The notes: a model not told the origin generated them from the sequence alone. Shown: positions 1-10,055, counted from the first letter of the stretch. The stretch is DNA of 64,000 bases from Candidatus Falkowbacteria bacterium (GCA_963774955.1 CAVZGV010000003.1:64771-128770), one strand, 5' to 3'. Made by a program: numbers and translations.

Positions 1-1
1 G

Positions 2-1381
2 AATCAAGTTTTTTCGGCTTATATTCAGGGTAAGGTCAGTGAGGCTGCTTTAGCTGGTGAATTTGAGGAAAAAATCAGCCTCGATTTCAATGTAGCCATT
101 GATTTTGCCTATGAACTGGTGGAACAAGTGGTTCCTTTGTTGCCTGAAGATATTCAGTCAAAGCTTTTTCCTGAGTTAGCAGTAACCAAGGGGATTGATC
201 TGGCTGCGATGATTGAAAATTTGAAAAAAGAAGCCGGGATTAGTGTACCTAAAAATATGGAAGCCCGGCTGGTAGAATTGATTTATACTTGGTTTCGTGG
301 GATTCGCGATGATTGGGAGACGCTTGACCGGCTGACTTTGAGTTCCAAAATCGGGGGGTTAGGTTTGCCTTATGACCAAGCCCAGCAATTATTGTCCAGT
401 TTGAATAAAATAAAAAAAGTTGATAATGGAGAAATCCTGACGGCAATTAATAAAGAAATGGCCAGAAAATCAGCTGAGCCGGCTCTGCTGGAAGAATCGG
501 AAATTGATGTGGCGGCCAAACCCAAACCGAAAATTGAATTGGAAAAAATAACAGGACAGGAAGCAACTATCGAACAGCTTCTGGCGGATAAAGGCTTAGG
601 TTATAATGACCTGATAAAAAAAGCTTATGAAAGCCAGGCAGAACCACCGTTAGGTCACGAACCGAGCCATCTGCCGGACACTGAAGTGCCCAATTCGTTA
701 GTGGCAGAAATAAAAGAAGAAGAGGCGTTTTTAGACTCCCACGAAGAATTACCTGCGCCCAAAGAATTGCCTGTAATAAACCAAGAGTTTAAACCGCTCG
801 AACAAAAAGTTGAGTTGCCGACACCGGCCCAGGATATTTTAGAAGAATTGGGTTTGCCTCAGCCTGAACCACTCTGGAAAAAAACTCAAGCAGCTCCGGT
901 TACCCCAGAATCAGTGAAGTCAGATCCCGTACAGGCTTCTCAGTCAGCACCCGTGACGGCCTATCAGTCAGAACCAGCGCCGTCCTATCAGTCAGAACCT
1001 AAACCGCTTTATCGAAAGCCGGAAGTAAATGAAAGGCCGCGACTGGAAGATGTCAAAGGCTTTGCGACCAAATTATACGGGCCGATTGATGAATTGGGAT
1101 CCTTAAGTTTAATTGATTTTCGCCGTTTATCCAAAGATCCGCAAAAAGCCGTAGAAATTATCAGACAAAAATTGGAGGTTCTGGAAAACGATTCTTTGGA
1201 AAAAAGAGCAGCCGGCATCAAAGCTTTAAAGAACAGCCCTTTGTATAAAATTTATGCAGATATTATGAATCAGGCTTTTATGAATAATCAGTCTTATGAC
1301 AAGATTATTGCCCAAAGAGGGGATATTACTCCGGTTGAATATAAGGCGATTATGGATTTGAATAAAGGTTTGAAATATTAA
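2..1381 (+). CDS. hypothetical acidic/Pro-rich protein, 5' partial (frame open to window edge; first ATG at 119)
   Basis: ORF track 119..1381; same frame has no stop back to position 2; short internal YQSEP-type repeats; no recognisable catalytic motif. Confidence 0.45.
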   Translation, partial: NQVFSAYIQGKVSEAALAGEFEEKISLDFNVAIDFAYELVEQVVPLLPEDIQSKLFPELAVTKGIDLAAMIENLKKEAGISVPKNMEARLVELIYTWFRGIRDDWETLDRLTLSSKIGGLGLPYDQAQQLLSSLNKIKKVDNGEILTAINKEMARKSAEPALLEESEIDVAAKPKPKIELEKITGQEATIEQLLADKGLGYNDLIKKAYESQAEPPLGHEPSHLPDTEVPNSLVAEIKEEEAFLDSHEELPAPKELPVINQEFKPLEQKVELPTPAQDILEELGLPQPEPLWKKTQAAPVTPESVKSDPVQASQSAPVTAYQSEPAPSYQSEPKPLYRKPEVNERPRLEDVKGFATKLYGPIDELGSLSLIDFRRLSKDPQKAVEIIRQKLEVLENDSLEKRAAGIKALKNSPLYKIYADIMNQAFMNNQSYDKIIAQRGDITPVEYKAIMDLNKGLKY

Positions 1382-1448
1382 AAAAGTTAATCGATTTTCG
1401 TATAACGAAACGCAAGTCGAGACTGTTTAACGTAAAACGAATAAAACC

Positions 1449-1874
1449 ATGCCACTAACAGGACCGTTTTTAGTCCCACAATTTATTGACGTCGAAAGCA
1501 AAATCTTCGGGCCGATTACCACGAGGCAGTTTTTGATAATGATGGTGGCAGCGATGTTGGATTTTTTATTCTATAAGATGCTTTATGCCAATACTGCCAT
1601 AATCGTAATCGTTATTAATACCGGTCTATTTATGATAGTTGCTTTTTTAAAGATTAACGGCATGCCCTTCCATATTTTCTTTGTAAATCTGATGCAGACT
1701 TTATTGCGTTCCAGCGTAAGAATTTGGAGGCGGGTGGAAGTCACTGCTTTACCACCGGTGGAGAAAGAAGATGTTAAAAAAGAATTTGTCCCCAAAACTG
1801 CAATTCCAGAATCCAGACTTTCTTCTCTTTCCCTGACAATTAATACCGGCGGCGCTTATAAGGAAGAGGATTAG
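1449..1874 (+). CDS. small two-TM membrane protein, VirB3/PrgI-like (T4SS/conjugation-type), immediately upstream of VirB4-like ATPase
   Basis: 141 aa, two hydrophobic helices, position directly before VirB4-family gene as in Gram-positive/CPR T4SS loci. Confidence 0.45.
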   Translation: MPLTGPFLVPQFIDVESKIFGPITTRQFLIMMVAAMLDFLFYKMLYANTAIIVIVINTGLFMIVAFLKINGMPFHIFFVNLMQTLLRSSVRIWRRVEVTALPPVEKEDVKKEFVPKTAIPESRLSSLSLTINTGGAYKEED

Positions 1875-1976
1875 CGACGTGTTTTATTTGCTTCCGAATA
1901 CCCCGCATTTTTACCAGACTAGCTTTTTCACCCAGCCACCTTTTACCAATTAAATTATATATTCATATTTATTTTT

Positions 1977-4590
1977 ATGGCTTTTGCTTCCACTCAAAAA
2001 TATTTGCATATTTCCGAATTTCGTAACGACATGGTCATTCTTAAAGACGGTACTTTGAGAATGGTTATTATGTGTTCCAGTGTTAATTTTGCGCTTAAAG
2101 GTGAAGATGAACAAAGCGCTTTGATCGCCGGCTACATGGAATTTTTAAATTCCATGGATTATCCTATCCAGATTGTGATCCAGTCCAGAAAATTAGACAT
2201 TGAAGGCTATATGCGTCGTCTGCAGGAGGCGCAAAAGGCTCAAACCAATGAGTTATTGAAGACACAAATTGACGGCTATCGCGGTTATATCAATCAATTA
2301 ATTGAAATGCAGGAAATAATGACCAAGAAATTTTTTATTGTTATACCATTTAATCCGCTTGGTTCTAAAAATAAGAGTTTTTTTGCCAGGTTAAAGGAGT
2401 CTTTATTCCCGGTCCATCTTATTCGTTTACGGAAAGAAAAATTAGCTGAATACAAGGATGAAATAATGCTTAGAGCTGATAACGTGATGTCTAATTTGAG
2501 ATCAATGGGGCTTGAAGCCGTGGTCTTGGATACTCAGAGCTTAATTGAGCTTTATTATAATGTATATAATCCCAAAACCAGCCAGAATGAGAGATTAAAA
2601 GATGTCAGCCAGATGGGCTTGGAAGCTTAAATATTATTTTGAATTTATTATCTTATGCCATTAGAAATTAATCAACAAACCCAAGGCCCTCAGCCAAAAC
2701 AGCCTAAAGTGACTGCGGCGCAAATGAAAGCCCAGGAATCATCAGCGGCCAAAGGCGAGGCCATTACCTTGGAAGAAGAAAAAATTTATCGCCACGGTGT
2801 GATGGATATCAAGGATTTGATTTCCCCGGCTGCTTTTGAAGTTAAGCCGACTTATTTAATTTTAGGGGATATTTATTGTCCGAACATTTTTTGTTTTGAA
2901 TTATCCTCGCTATATTAATATTGGTTGGTTTACTCCGATTGTTAATTTGAGTAAGACCCTGGATGTGGCGATGTTTTTTTATCCGGTTAAATCAGATATG
3001 ATTTTAAAGCAACTAAAAAAAAGAGTCGGTAATATGGAAGCCCAGCTGATGTCTGATATTGAAAAAGGCGCGCCACGTGATCCGATTTTGGAAACCGGTT
3101 TGCGAGACATTGAAAAATTAAGAGATGATTTGACCCAGGGCATTGAGCAATTTTTTCAATTTGCTCTTTATATCACCATTTATGCCAAAAATATGGAGGA
3201 ACTGGAACAATTCAGCTTCGGAAATTGAATCAATATTTGGCGGTAAATTGATTTATAGTAAAAAAGTTTTTTATCAGGCGGAACAGGGCTTTAATTCTAC
3301 TATTGCCCATGGCCAATGATGAACTGATGATTTCTTTTAATATGAATACTTCGCCGGTGCGCCTCTTCTTTTCCGTTTATTTCTTCAGAATTGACCTCTG
3401 ACAACGGAATTTTATACGGGATTAATCGTCATAATAATAGTTTGATTTTTTTTGACAGATTTTCTTTGCAAAATGCCAATACGGTGGTTTTTGCCACTTC
3501 CGGTGCCGGTAAAAGTTATGCTATTAAATTGGAAGTTTTGCGTAGTTTAATGTTGGGCACTGATGTAATTATTATTGATCCGGAAAGGGAATATAAGCAT
3601 TTGTCTGAAGCTGTCGGCGGAACTTATATTGATATTTCTTTATCTTCAAAAAATAAAATTAATCCTTTTGATTTGCCTCGAGCCATTGGCGATGCCACCA
3701 CCGAAGATATTATCAGAAGCGCGGTTATTACTTTAAAAGGTTTATTGACGTTAATGCTGGGTAAACTGACAATTGAAGAAGATTCAATTTTGGATCGCGC
3801 CTTAATGGAAACTTATGCCAGTAAAGATATTACTCCCCAGTCTGATTTGGCTAAGATTGAAGCGCCGATTATGCAGGATTTGCAGAATATTTTAGACGGC
3901 ATGGAAGGCGCAAGCAATTTAAGCTTGAGGTTGAAAAAATATACCGAAGGTACTTTTTCCGGTTTATTTAACTCAGCCGACCAATGTGGATATGAAAAAT
4001 CAGTTGGTTGTTTTTTCGTCCGAGATTTGGAAGATGAATTACGGCCAATTGCTATTTACAGTATTATTAATTATATCTGGAATGTGGTTCGTTCAGAGAT
4101 TAAAAAAAGAATTTTGGTTATTGATGAAGCCTGGTGGCTGATGACTAGTGAGGATTCGGCTAAATTTATTTATGCTCTGGTTAAACGTTGTCGTAAATAT
4201 TATCTGGGCGTAACCACCATTACTCAGGATGTTAATGATTTTTTAAATAATCCTTATGGCAAGGCAATTGTGACTAATTCTTCATTGCAATTGCTTTTGA
4301 AACAATCTCCGGCTTCAATTGAAAATATCGTTAAAATATTTATGTTGACTGAGGGTGAAAAATATTTGCTTTTGGAATGCGGAGTCGGTGAAGGTATTTT
4401 TTTTGCCGGCCAGAAACATGCCGCTATTAAAATTGTGGCTTCTTATACTGAAGATCAGCTAATTACCAGTGATCCGCATCAACTTTTGGAAATTGAAGCG
4501 TCTAAACGAGAATTTGAACAGAAAAATGCAGCTGGGGAAGAAGCAGGTCAGGCTCCAAAGCGGGAAGGTGTTGAGGAAATAGCAATTTAA
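1977..4590 (+). pseudogene. virB4: VirB4/TrbE/CagE-family type IV secretion ATPase, disrupted into >=5 pieces (1977-2630, 2655-2918, 2896-3228, ~3225-3390 in two further frames, 3391-4590)
   Basis: N-terminal CagE_TrbE_VirB-like domain in 1977-2630; Walker A FATSGAGKSYAIK and Walker B VIDEAWW in 3391-4590; in-frame TAA (2628-2630) and TGA (2640-2642) plus at least three frame changes; summed length about 860 aa as expected for VirB4. Confidence 0.6.
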
Positions 4591-4623
4591 AATTATAACA
4601 GCTAATTACTAATTTTTTAATAT

Positions 4624-5280
4624 ATGGCATTGGCTCAAAATCAGGTCACCTCAAGGAAGAAAAGATCATTACTCTGGATCTTGTTGATTTTATTGTTATT
4701 AATTGCGGCTATTTTGATTTATTTGTATTTATTTTATTTTAAACCAAAACCAGTGACTGAAAATATCAATATTAATCAGAATACCAATCAGACAATTTCA
4801 CCGACTGCGCCGGCAACAACGACTTTCAATAATACAAATGCCAGCGTGTTAACGGATATTCAGGCAGCTACCGGCGGCAATCAGTCCGGTAATCAAAATG
4901 AACAGAATAATGCAATTTTAATAGCCACAGCTTTTACCGAAAGATTTGGCAGTTATTCCAATCAAAGCGATTATCGTAATTTCCAAGAGTTAGATCAGTT
5001 TATGACTGAGACGGTTAAAAAATGGGTCAGTCAGTATATCGAAGGCTTGAAAAAAGATCATGCTGATACCAATGTCTATTATGCTATTGAAACCAAGGCA
5101 ATTTCCACTCAGGTTAACAGTTTTGATGAGACAGCGGGTTTTGCTCAGATCTTAATCAGAACTCAGCGTCAGGAATTTAATAATACGATTACCAATCCCC
5201 AAATAATTTATCAGGATATGCTGTTAGAACTTATTAAAGATAATAATCAATGGAAAGTCAGGGGTGCTTATTGGCAATAA
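4624..5280 (+). CDS. hypothetical membrane-anchored protein (N-terminal TM, Asn/Gln/Thr-rich exterior)
   Basis: ORF track; single N-terminal hydrophobic helix, low-complexity N/Q/T region. Confidence 0.5.
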   Translation: MALAQNQVTSRKKRSLLWILLILLLLIAAILIYLYLFYFKPKPVTENININQNTNQTISPTAPATTTFNNTNASVLTDIQAATGGNQSGNQNEQNNAILIATAFTERFGSYSNQSDYRNFQELDQFMTETVKKWVSQYIEGLKKDHADTNVYYAIETKAISTQVNSFDETAGFAQILIRTQRQEFNNTITNPQIIYQDMLLELIKDNNQWKVRGAYWQ

Positions 5281-5317
5281 AAATAGACAGTGGTAATTAG
5301 TAAATGGTAATTGGTAC

Positions 5318-6052
5318 ATGGAAAATTTTATATTCATTTTAAACAAATTTAAAGATTTTTTTTTAAATTTAATTTTCCCGCAGGCATGCTTTGGTTGTCA
5401 GCAGGAGGGAAGTTATTTATGTTTAAAATGTTTAAATCAGATCGAATTAAATCGGGAATTTTATTGCGCGCTTTGCAAGCAAAAAAGCGACCTTGGCCTG
5501 ATTTGTCGTAATTGCAGGCAGTCTAGTGATTTGCAAGCAATTTGGGTCGCGGCAGATTATAATAATAAAATTTTGCAAGACTTGATTCATGCTTTAAAAT
5601 ATAAATATATCGAAGGTATAAGTGAAGATTTGGCTATCATTGCAGTTAAATATTTGCAGCAAGCGGATATTTTCTGCCATTTCGGAATTAATCAAACAAA
5701 TACTATTATAATTCCGGTACCTTTACATAGAAAACGTTTTTTAGCCAGAGGATTTAATCAGAGTGAATTGATTGCTGATCAAATCGGTAAGATATTAAAA
5801 CTTGATAAAGTAGACTTGCTTAAGCGTATAAAAAACACCGAAACTCAGATTAATTTAAATCGTTTGAAACGTCAAGAAAATGTTAAGGAGGCTTTTAGGC
5901 TAAGTAATTTGAAATTTGATCCAACAAAAAAAGTCATCCTAATAGATGACGTGGTAACCACGGGAAGTACTTTAAAAGAATGCGTCAAAGTTTTATCAGC
6001 AGTCGGTTATACGGAAATTTACGCTTTGGTTATAGCTCAGCGCGAAGATTGA
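5318..6052 (+). CDS. comF: ComF-family protein (double zinc-ribbon + phosphoribosyltransferase domain)
   Basis: N-terminal CxxC..CxxC..CxxC..CxxC, C-terminal PRTase motif VILIDDVVTTGSTL. Confidence 0.8.
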   Translation: MENFIFILNKFKDFFLNLIFPQACFGCQQEGSYLCLKCLNQIELNREFYCALCKQKSDLGLICRNCRQSSDLQAIWVAADYNNKILQDLIHALKYKYIEGISEDLAIIAVKYLQQADIFCHFGINQTNTIIIPVPLHRKRFLARGFNQSELIADQIGKILKLDKVDLLKRIKNTETQINLNRLKRQENVKEAFRLSNLKFDPTKKVILIDDVVTTGSTLKECVKVLSAVGYTEIYALVIAQRED

Positions 6053-6062
6053 TTATTTGGAC

Positions 6063-6079
6063 GGAGAGGGTGAGATTTG
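6063..6079. repeat. 17-nt near-exact duplicate (16/17) of the 3' end of tRNA-Ser(TGA) (6131-6147)
   Basis: ggagagggtgagatttg vs tRNA end ggagagggtgggatttg; separated by hairpin-pair element R2a. Confidence 0.7.
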
Positions 6080-6081
6080 TT

Positions 6082-6108
6082 CCGCAAAGCGGAATCCCGC
6101 TTTGCGGG
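6082..6108. repeat. hairpin-pair repeat R2a (ccgcaaagcgg-aat-cccgctttgcggg)
   Basis: two adjacent GC-rich hairpins; 25/30 identical to 10506-10532. Confidence 0.7.
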
Positions 6109-6129
6109 AAACCCTACGTTCGTGTTATT

Positions 6130-6216
6130 CGGAGAGGGTGGGATTTGAACCCACGGTCCCGTAAACGGGACTCCGGTTTTCAAGACCGGTACATTCAACC
6201 GCTCTGCCACCTCTCC
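6130..6216 (-). tRNA. tRNA-Ser (anticodon TGA), class II with long variable arm
   Basis: cloverleaf: acceptor ggagagg/cctctcc, anticodon loop cuUGAaa, T-loop ttcaaat; close to canonical bacterial tRNA-Ser. Confidence 0.85.
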
Positions 6217-6231
6217 ATAATAGGGACTTCC

Positions 6232-6327
6232 TGGCGGAGAGGGGGAGATTCGAACTCCCGCGCCGACTAAAAACGCCGACCTACAGGTTTAGCAAACCCG
6301 CCCCTTCAGCCTCTTGGGTACCTCTCC
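6232..6327 (-). tRNA. tRNA-Ser (anticodon GCT), CCA encoded
   Basis: acceptor ggagagg/cctctcc+gcca, anticodon loop ttGCTaa, T-loop ttcgaat, long variable arm. Confidence 0.85.
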
Positions 6328-6408
6328 AAAAGCCCTATTATGTCTAATATTTTATCTTAATTTAAAGAAAAAGTCAAACTTAGTACTTAATATTAACAAA
6401 TTAAATAT

Positions 6409-6918
6409 ATGCAGCAAACTCAAGATTCAAACCTAAAAAAAGGTGAATTTGGACGAATATTTTTCGAATGGCAGATTCCTGAATATACAATGCATGAAAG
6501 AAGTAATGCCTGGTATATTGTTATGGCGATTATTGGCATTGGGCTGGTAATTTATAGTATTTTTACGGCAAATTTTCTTTTTGCCTTGATTATTATTTTG
6601 GCTACCTTTGTTGTCTATTTACGGGTATATTATACTCCCAAGGACTTGTTTTTCCAGATTACTGAAGATGGCATCGTCATAGGCAATCAGTTTATTGGCT
6701 ATGAAACACTGCAAAATTTTTATATCATCTATTATCCCCCGGCGATTAAAAAGCTTTTTTTCAGACGTAAGGGAATAAATTTGACCGACATTTCAGTTCC
6801 TTTGGATAAAATAAATCCTGTTCTACTCAGAAAACAACTGCTGATTTATCTGAATGAAGATTTGGACAAAGAGCATCAAAGCGCAGCTGATTTGATTGAG
6901 ATGCTGTTTAAATTGTAA
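6409..6918 (+). CDS. hypothetical membrane protein
   Basis: ORF track; two TM helices near N-terminus; terminator hairpin at 6941-6966. Confidence 0.5.
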   Translation: MQQTQDSNLKKGEFGRIFFEWQIPEYTMHERSNAWYIVMAIIGIGLVIYSIFTANFLFALIIILATFVVYLRVYYTPKDLFFQITEDGIVIGNQFIGYETLQNFYIIYYPPAIKKLFFRRKGINLTDISVPLDKINPVLLRKQLLIYLNEDLDKEHQSAADLIEMLFKL

Positions 6919-6980
6919 AAAATAGTATTATAGGCTATAATAATTGGGGAGATGTTATGTCTCCCTTTTATATTCGTTTT

Positions 6981-7055
6981 ACGTTATTCGGTATCGGTTA
7001 ACGTTACGTTAATCGTCAACCGTTAGACGAAACGCATGTCGATACCGAATAACGA
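6981..7055. repeat. perfect 15-bp inverted repeat (cgttattcggtatcg / cgataccgaataacg) with 45-nt spacer, upstream of tRNA-Arg
   Basis: read directly; right arm overlaps motif ACGAAACGCATGTCGATAC shared with 1396-1446. Confidence 0.6.
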
Positions 7056-7067
7056 ACAACCGATTTA

Positions 7068-7139
7068 GTCCTCGTAGTTCAACGGATAGAACACAAGATT
7101 GCGGATCTTGTGATCCAGGTTCGATTCCTGGCGAGGGCA
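7068..7139 (+). tRNA. tRNA-Arg (anticodon read as GCG)
   Basis: acceptor gtcctcg/cgagggc, D-stem gttc/gaac, anticodon stem caaga/tcttg, loop ttGCGga, T-arm ccagg-ttcgatt-cctgg. Confidence 0.65.
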
Positions 7140-7147
7140 TACGTGGT

Positions 7148-7182
7148 TCTCCGCCGAAGGCGGATCCGCCTCTGGCGGAGAT
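7148..7182. repeat. hairpin-pair repeat R1a (ccgccgaaggcgg-at-ccgcctctggcgg)
   Basis: 34/37 identical to 10334-10366; lies between tRNA-Arg 3' end and its 17-nt duplicate. Confidence 0.7.
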
Positions 7183-7196
7183 TCCTGGTGAGGGCA
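7180..7196. repeat. 17-nt duplicate (16/17) of tRNA-Arg 3' end (7123-7139)
   Basis: gattcctggtgagggca vs gattcctggcgagggca. Confidence 0.7.
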
Positions 7197-7301
7197 TAAA
7201 TAAGTTTAAAGTTTAAAGTCAAAAGTTAAAAGTTTGGAAGATATATTTTAAAAAAATCCAAATACTGCTTCGCGGCATAACTTAGGAATAATAATTTCAA
7301 G

Positions 7302-9404
7302 ATGTATTCCTTAAGTGCTCCCATAGAAAATTTAACCCGGGTCGGTAAAACTACGGCCGGTCGTTTAAAAAGATTAGGCATTGCCACGGTCAATGACCTG
7401 CTTTTTTATTTTCCGTTCCGTTATGAGGATTTTAGTCAGGTGGTTAAAATAAATGATTTGCGGCCCAACCAGACAGTTACTATTAAAGGTAAGATTGTTT
7501 TGATTGAAAATAGGAGAGCCCATCGTCGCCGTATGACTATTACCGAGGCTTTGATTGAAGATGAAACCGGTTCAATTCAAGTTATCTGGTTTAATCAGCC
7601 TTTTTTAATAAAAAATTTAAAACCCGGTGATGAAGTTTTTATTGCCGGCACTACGGAGATAAATAATTTGTCCCTGCAGTTTACTTCACCGGCCTATGAA
7701 AAAATTACAGGCGGTGACAGCCTTAATACGGCTAAAATTGTACCGGTTTATCCCTTGACCAGCAATTTAACGCAAAAGCAATTGAGATTTTTAGTTAAAG
7801 TTGCTTTGGACTCGGTTAATCTGGTTAAAGAATGGCTGCCCAGGGAAATTTTGGATAAAAATAATTTAATGCCTTTGGCTCAAGCTTTGGCGGACATTCA
7901 TTTTCCGGCTAGTTTTGAGGTTCAGGCGCAGGCTCGTTATCGTTTTAAATTTGATGAGCTTTTTTTAATTGCCTTGCAAAGCCAGAGACTGCGTCAGTAT
8001 TTGGCTCAAACCAAAGCCCCGCAGATTGCGTTTAAAGAGCAGGAGATTAAAAATTTTGTCAGCAGTTTGCCTTTTACTTTGACCGCTGATCAGAAAAAAG
8101 CAGCCTGGCAAATCCTTTTAGATCTGGAAAAATCTCAGCCGGCCAACCGTTTGCTGGAAGGGGATGTCGGATCAGGCAAAACCGTGGTCGCAGCCATGGC
8201 CATTTTAAATACGGTTTTAAATGATTTTCAGGCGGTTTTAATGGCACCGACTGAAATTTTGGCCAGGCAACATTACAATGGAATCAAAACTTTATTAGCG
8301 CCGTTTAAAATTAAAACAGTTTTATTAACGAGCAGCGAAAAAGTATACTTTGACGGTCAGCAAGAAATTGTCGGGAAACATGAAGTTTTGAATTTGGTCA
8401 AAAACGGTAAGGCCCAATTAATAATCGGCACCCATGCTTTAATTCAGGATGAAGTTGAGTATAAGAATTTGGGTTTAGTCATTGTGGATGAGCAACATCG
8501 TTTCGGCGTGGAACAAAGGAAAACATTAAAAGATAAAAATAAAAACGGGTTGACACCTCATTTTATATCCATGACTGCTACGCCGATTCCCCGTTCGCTG
8601 GCTTTGATTTTATACGGCGATTTGGATTTATCCATGATTAAGGAAATGCCCAAGGGCCGTAAAAAAATTATTACCCGCCTGGTTGCTGAATCCGACCGGC
8701 AGCAGGCTTATCAGTTTATCAGGCAGGAAATTAATAACGGGCGTCAGGTTTTTGTCATTTGTCCCTTGATTGATCCTTCTGATAAATTGGGAGTCAAGTC
8801 AGTGACCGAAGAATTTAAAAAACTGGATAAGGAGATTTTTCCGGATCTCAAAATCGGTTTATTGCACGGCAAATTGAAAGGCAAGGAAAAAGAAGCAATT
8901 ATGGCCGACTTTAAAGCTAATGAAATTAAAATGCTGGTTTCCACTTCAGTGATTGAAGTCGGTATTGATATTCCCAATGCTACGATTATGATGATTGAAG
9001 GCGCGGATCGTTTCGGCCTGGCGCAATTACACCAGTTTCGCGGTCGGGTCGGCAGGGGAGAATACCAGTCTTATTGTTTCTTATTTGCGGAAAATTATCC
9101 CGCTAAACGGGATGCCGCTTCGCGGCATAATCCCAAGACTAGGGAAAGGCTGGAAGCCTTGGTTAAATCCAATGACGGTTTTGCTTTGGCTGAATATGAT
9201 CTTAAATTTCGCGGGCCTGGTGAGGTTTACGGCTCACGCCAATCTGGTTTGCCTGAATTACAGATTGCCAGTCTGACTGATTTGGAGTTGATTAATCTGA
9301 CCAAGGAACAGGCTAAGACTTTTTTTACTCAATATAAACTCGAAGATTTCCCTTGGCTTAAGGCTAAATTGGCTGAGAATAAACTGATTGATCATTTGGA
9401 ATAA
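7302..9404 (+). CDS. recG: ATP-dependent DNA helicase RecG
   Basis: 700 aa; N-terminal wedge domain, Walker A GDVGSGKT, DEQH box VIVDEQHRFG, conserved C-terminus TDGFALAEYDLKFRGPGE. Confidence 0.85.
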   Translation: MYSLSAPIENLTRVGKTTAGRLKRLGIATVNDLLFYFPFRYEDFSQVVKINDLRPNQTVTIKGKIVLIENRRAHRRRMTITEALIEDETGSIQVIWFNQPFLIKNLKPGDEVFIAGTTEINNLSLQFTSPAYEKITGGDSLNTAKIVPVYPLTSNLTQKQLRFLVKVALDSVNLVKEWLPREILDKNNLMPLAQALADIHFPASFEVQAQARYRFKFDELFLIALQSQRLRQYLAQTKAPQIAFKEQEIKNFVSSLPFTLTADQKKAAWQILLDLEKSQPANRLLEGDVGSGKTVVAAMAILNTVLNDFQAVLMAPTEILARQHYNGIKTLLAPFKIKTVLLTSSEKVYFDGQQEIVGKHEVLNLVKNGKAQLIIGTHALIQDEVEYKNLGLVIVDEQHRFGVEQRKTLKDKNKNGLTPHFISMTATPIPRSLALILYGDLDLSMIKEMPKGRKKIITRLVAESDRQQAYQFIRQEINNGRQVFVICPLIDPSDKLGVKSVTEEFKKLDKEIFPDLKIGLLHGKLKGKEKEAIMADFKANEIKMLVSTSVIEVGIDIPNATIMMIEGADRFGLAQLHQFRGRVGRGEYQSYCFLFAENYPAKRDAASRHNPKTRERLEALVKSNDGFALAEYDLKFRGPGEVYGSRQSGLPELQIASLTDLELINLTKEQAKTFFTQYKLEDFPWLKAKLAENKLIDHLE

Positions 9405-9585
9405 GACCAGATAGTTTCTTAAATTTGTATAGATTTTATTGGGCGGATACCGAAAGCCACCGAAATCAGGCCGCGCATGACAAAGGCGGATAGATCTTGA
9501 CAATAGTTTTTAAATTTAATAGGATTAAAATATGATTCCGGATGGTCCGGAATCAATATAAATTCAATAAGGAGGGGGCACAGAC

Positions 9586-10038
9586 ATGTCAGGAAGCAGG
9601 GATCGCGCTGGAAAAAAAGCGGAAGTAGAAAATGAAAAGTCAGGTAAACCGGAAAAGCCATTGGCTAAAAAGGAGGTAGAAAAGTTTCGTTTTTTATTGC
9701 AACGTAGACTTACAGAAGCTCAAAAAGTCTACCGGCAGGAGATCGGTAACGTCAAGGGCGCTGATTACAGTGATCAGGCCAGCCAGGAATGCGATTTAAG
9801 CGAGCAAATAAGGGCCAAAGACAAAGCCCGTAAGGAAATCTTTGAAATCCAGGCGGCTTTAGAGCGCATGGATAAAGAAGAATTCGGCATTTGCGAGGAT
9901 TGCGACGAACAAATTCCCAGGAAACGCCTGGAGTCGAGTCCGACCGCCAAATTCTGCATTACCTGCAAGATCGCCAACGAGCTGGCGGAAAAAAGGCTGG
10001 GCTACGGTCGAACTACGATCGTAGAGAGTGAGATCTAA
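9586..10038 (+). CDS. DksA/TraR-family C4 zinc-finger protein
   Basis: C-terminal CEDCDEQIP...CITCK four-Cys motif after coiled-coil; terminator 10056-10091. Confidence 0.7.
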   Translation: MSGSRDRAGKKAEVENEKSGKPEKPLAKKEVEKFRFLLQRRLTEAQKVYRQEIGNVKGADYSDQASQECDLSEQIRAKDKARKEIFEIQAALERMDKEEFGICEDCDEQIPRKRLESSPTAKFCITCKIANELAEKRLGYGRTTIVESEI

Positions 10039-10055
10039 AAAAAAACAAGGAGGGG

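Noticed and set aside
5980-6270. 96-aa plus-strand ORF
   Set aside because: Lies entirely across the two tRNA-Ser genes and the hairpin repeat. Its Arg/Gly-rich translation is an artefact of GC-rich tRNA sequence.
7009-7197. 62-aa minus-strand ORF
   Set aside because: Spans tRNA-Arg and the R1a hairpin element. Its open frame reflects palindromic GC-rich repeats, not a gene.
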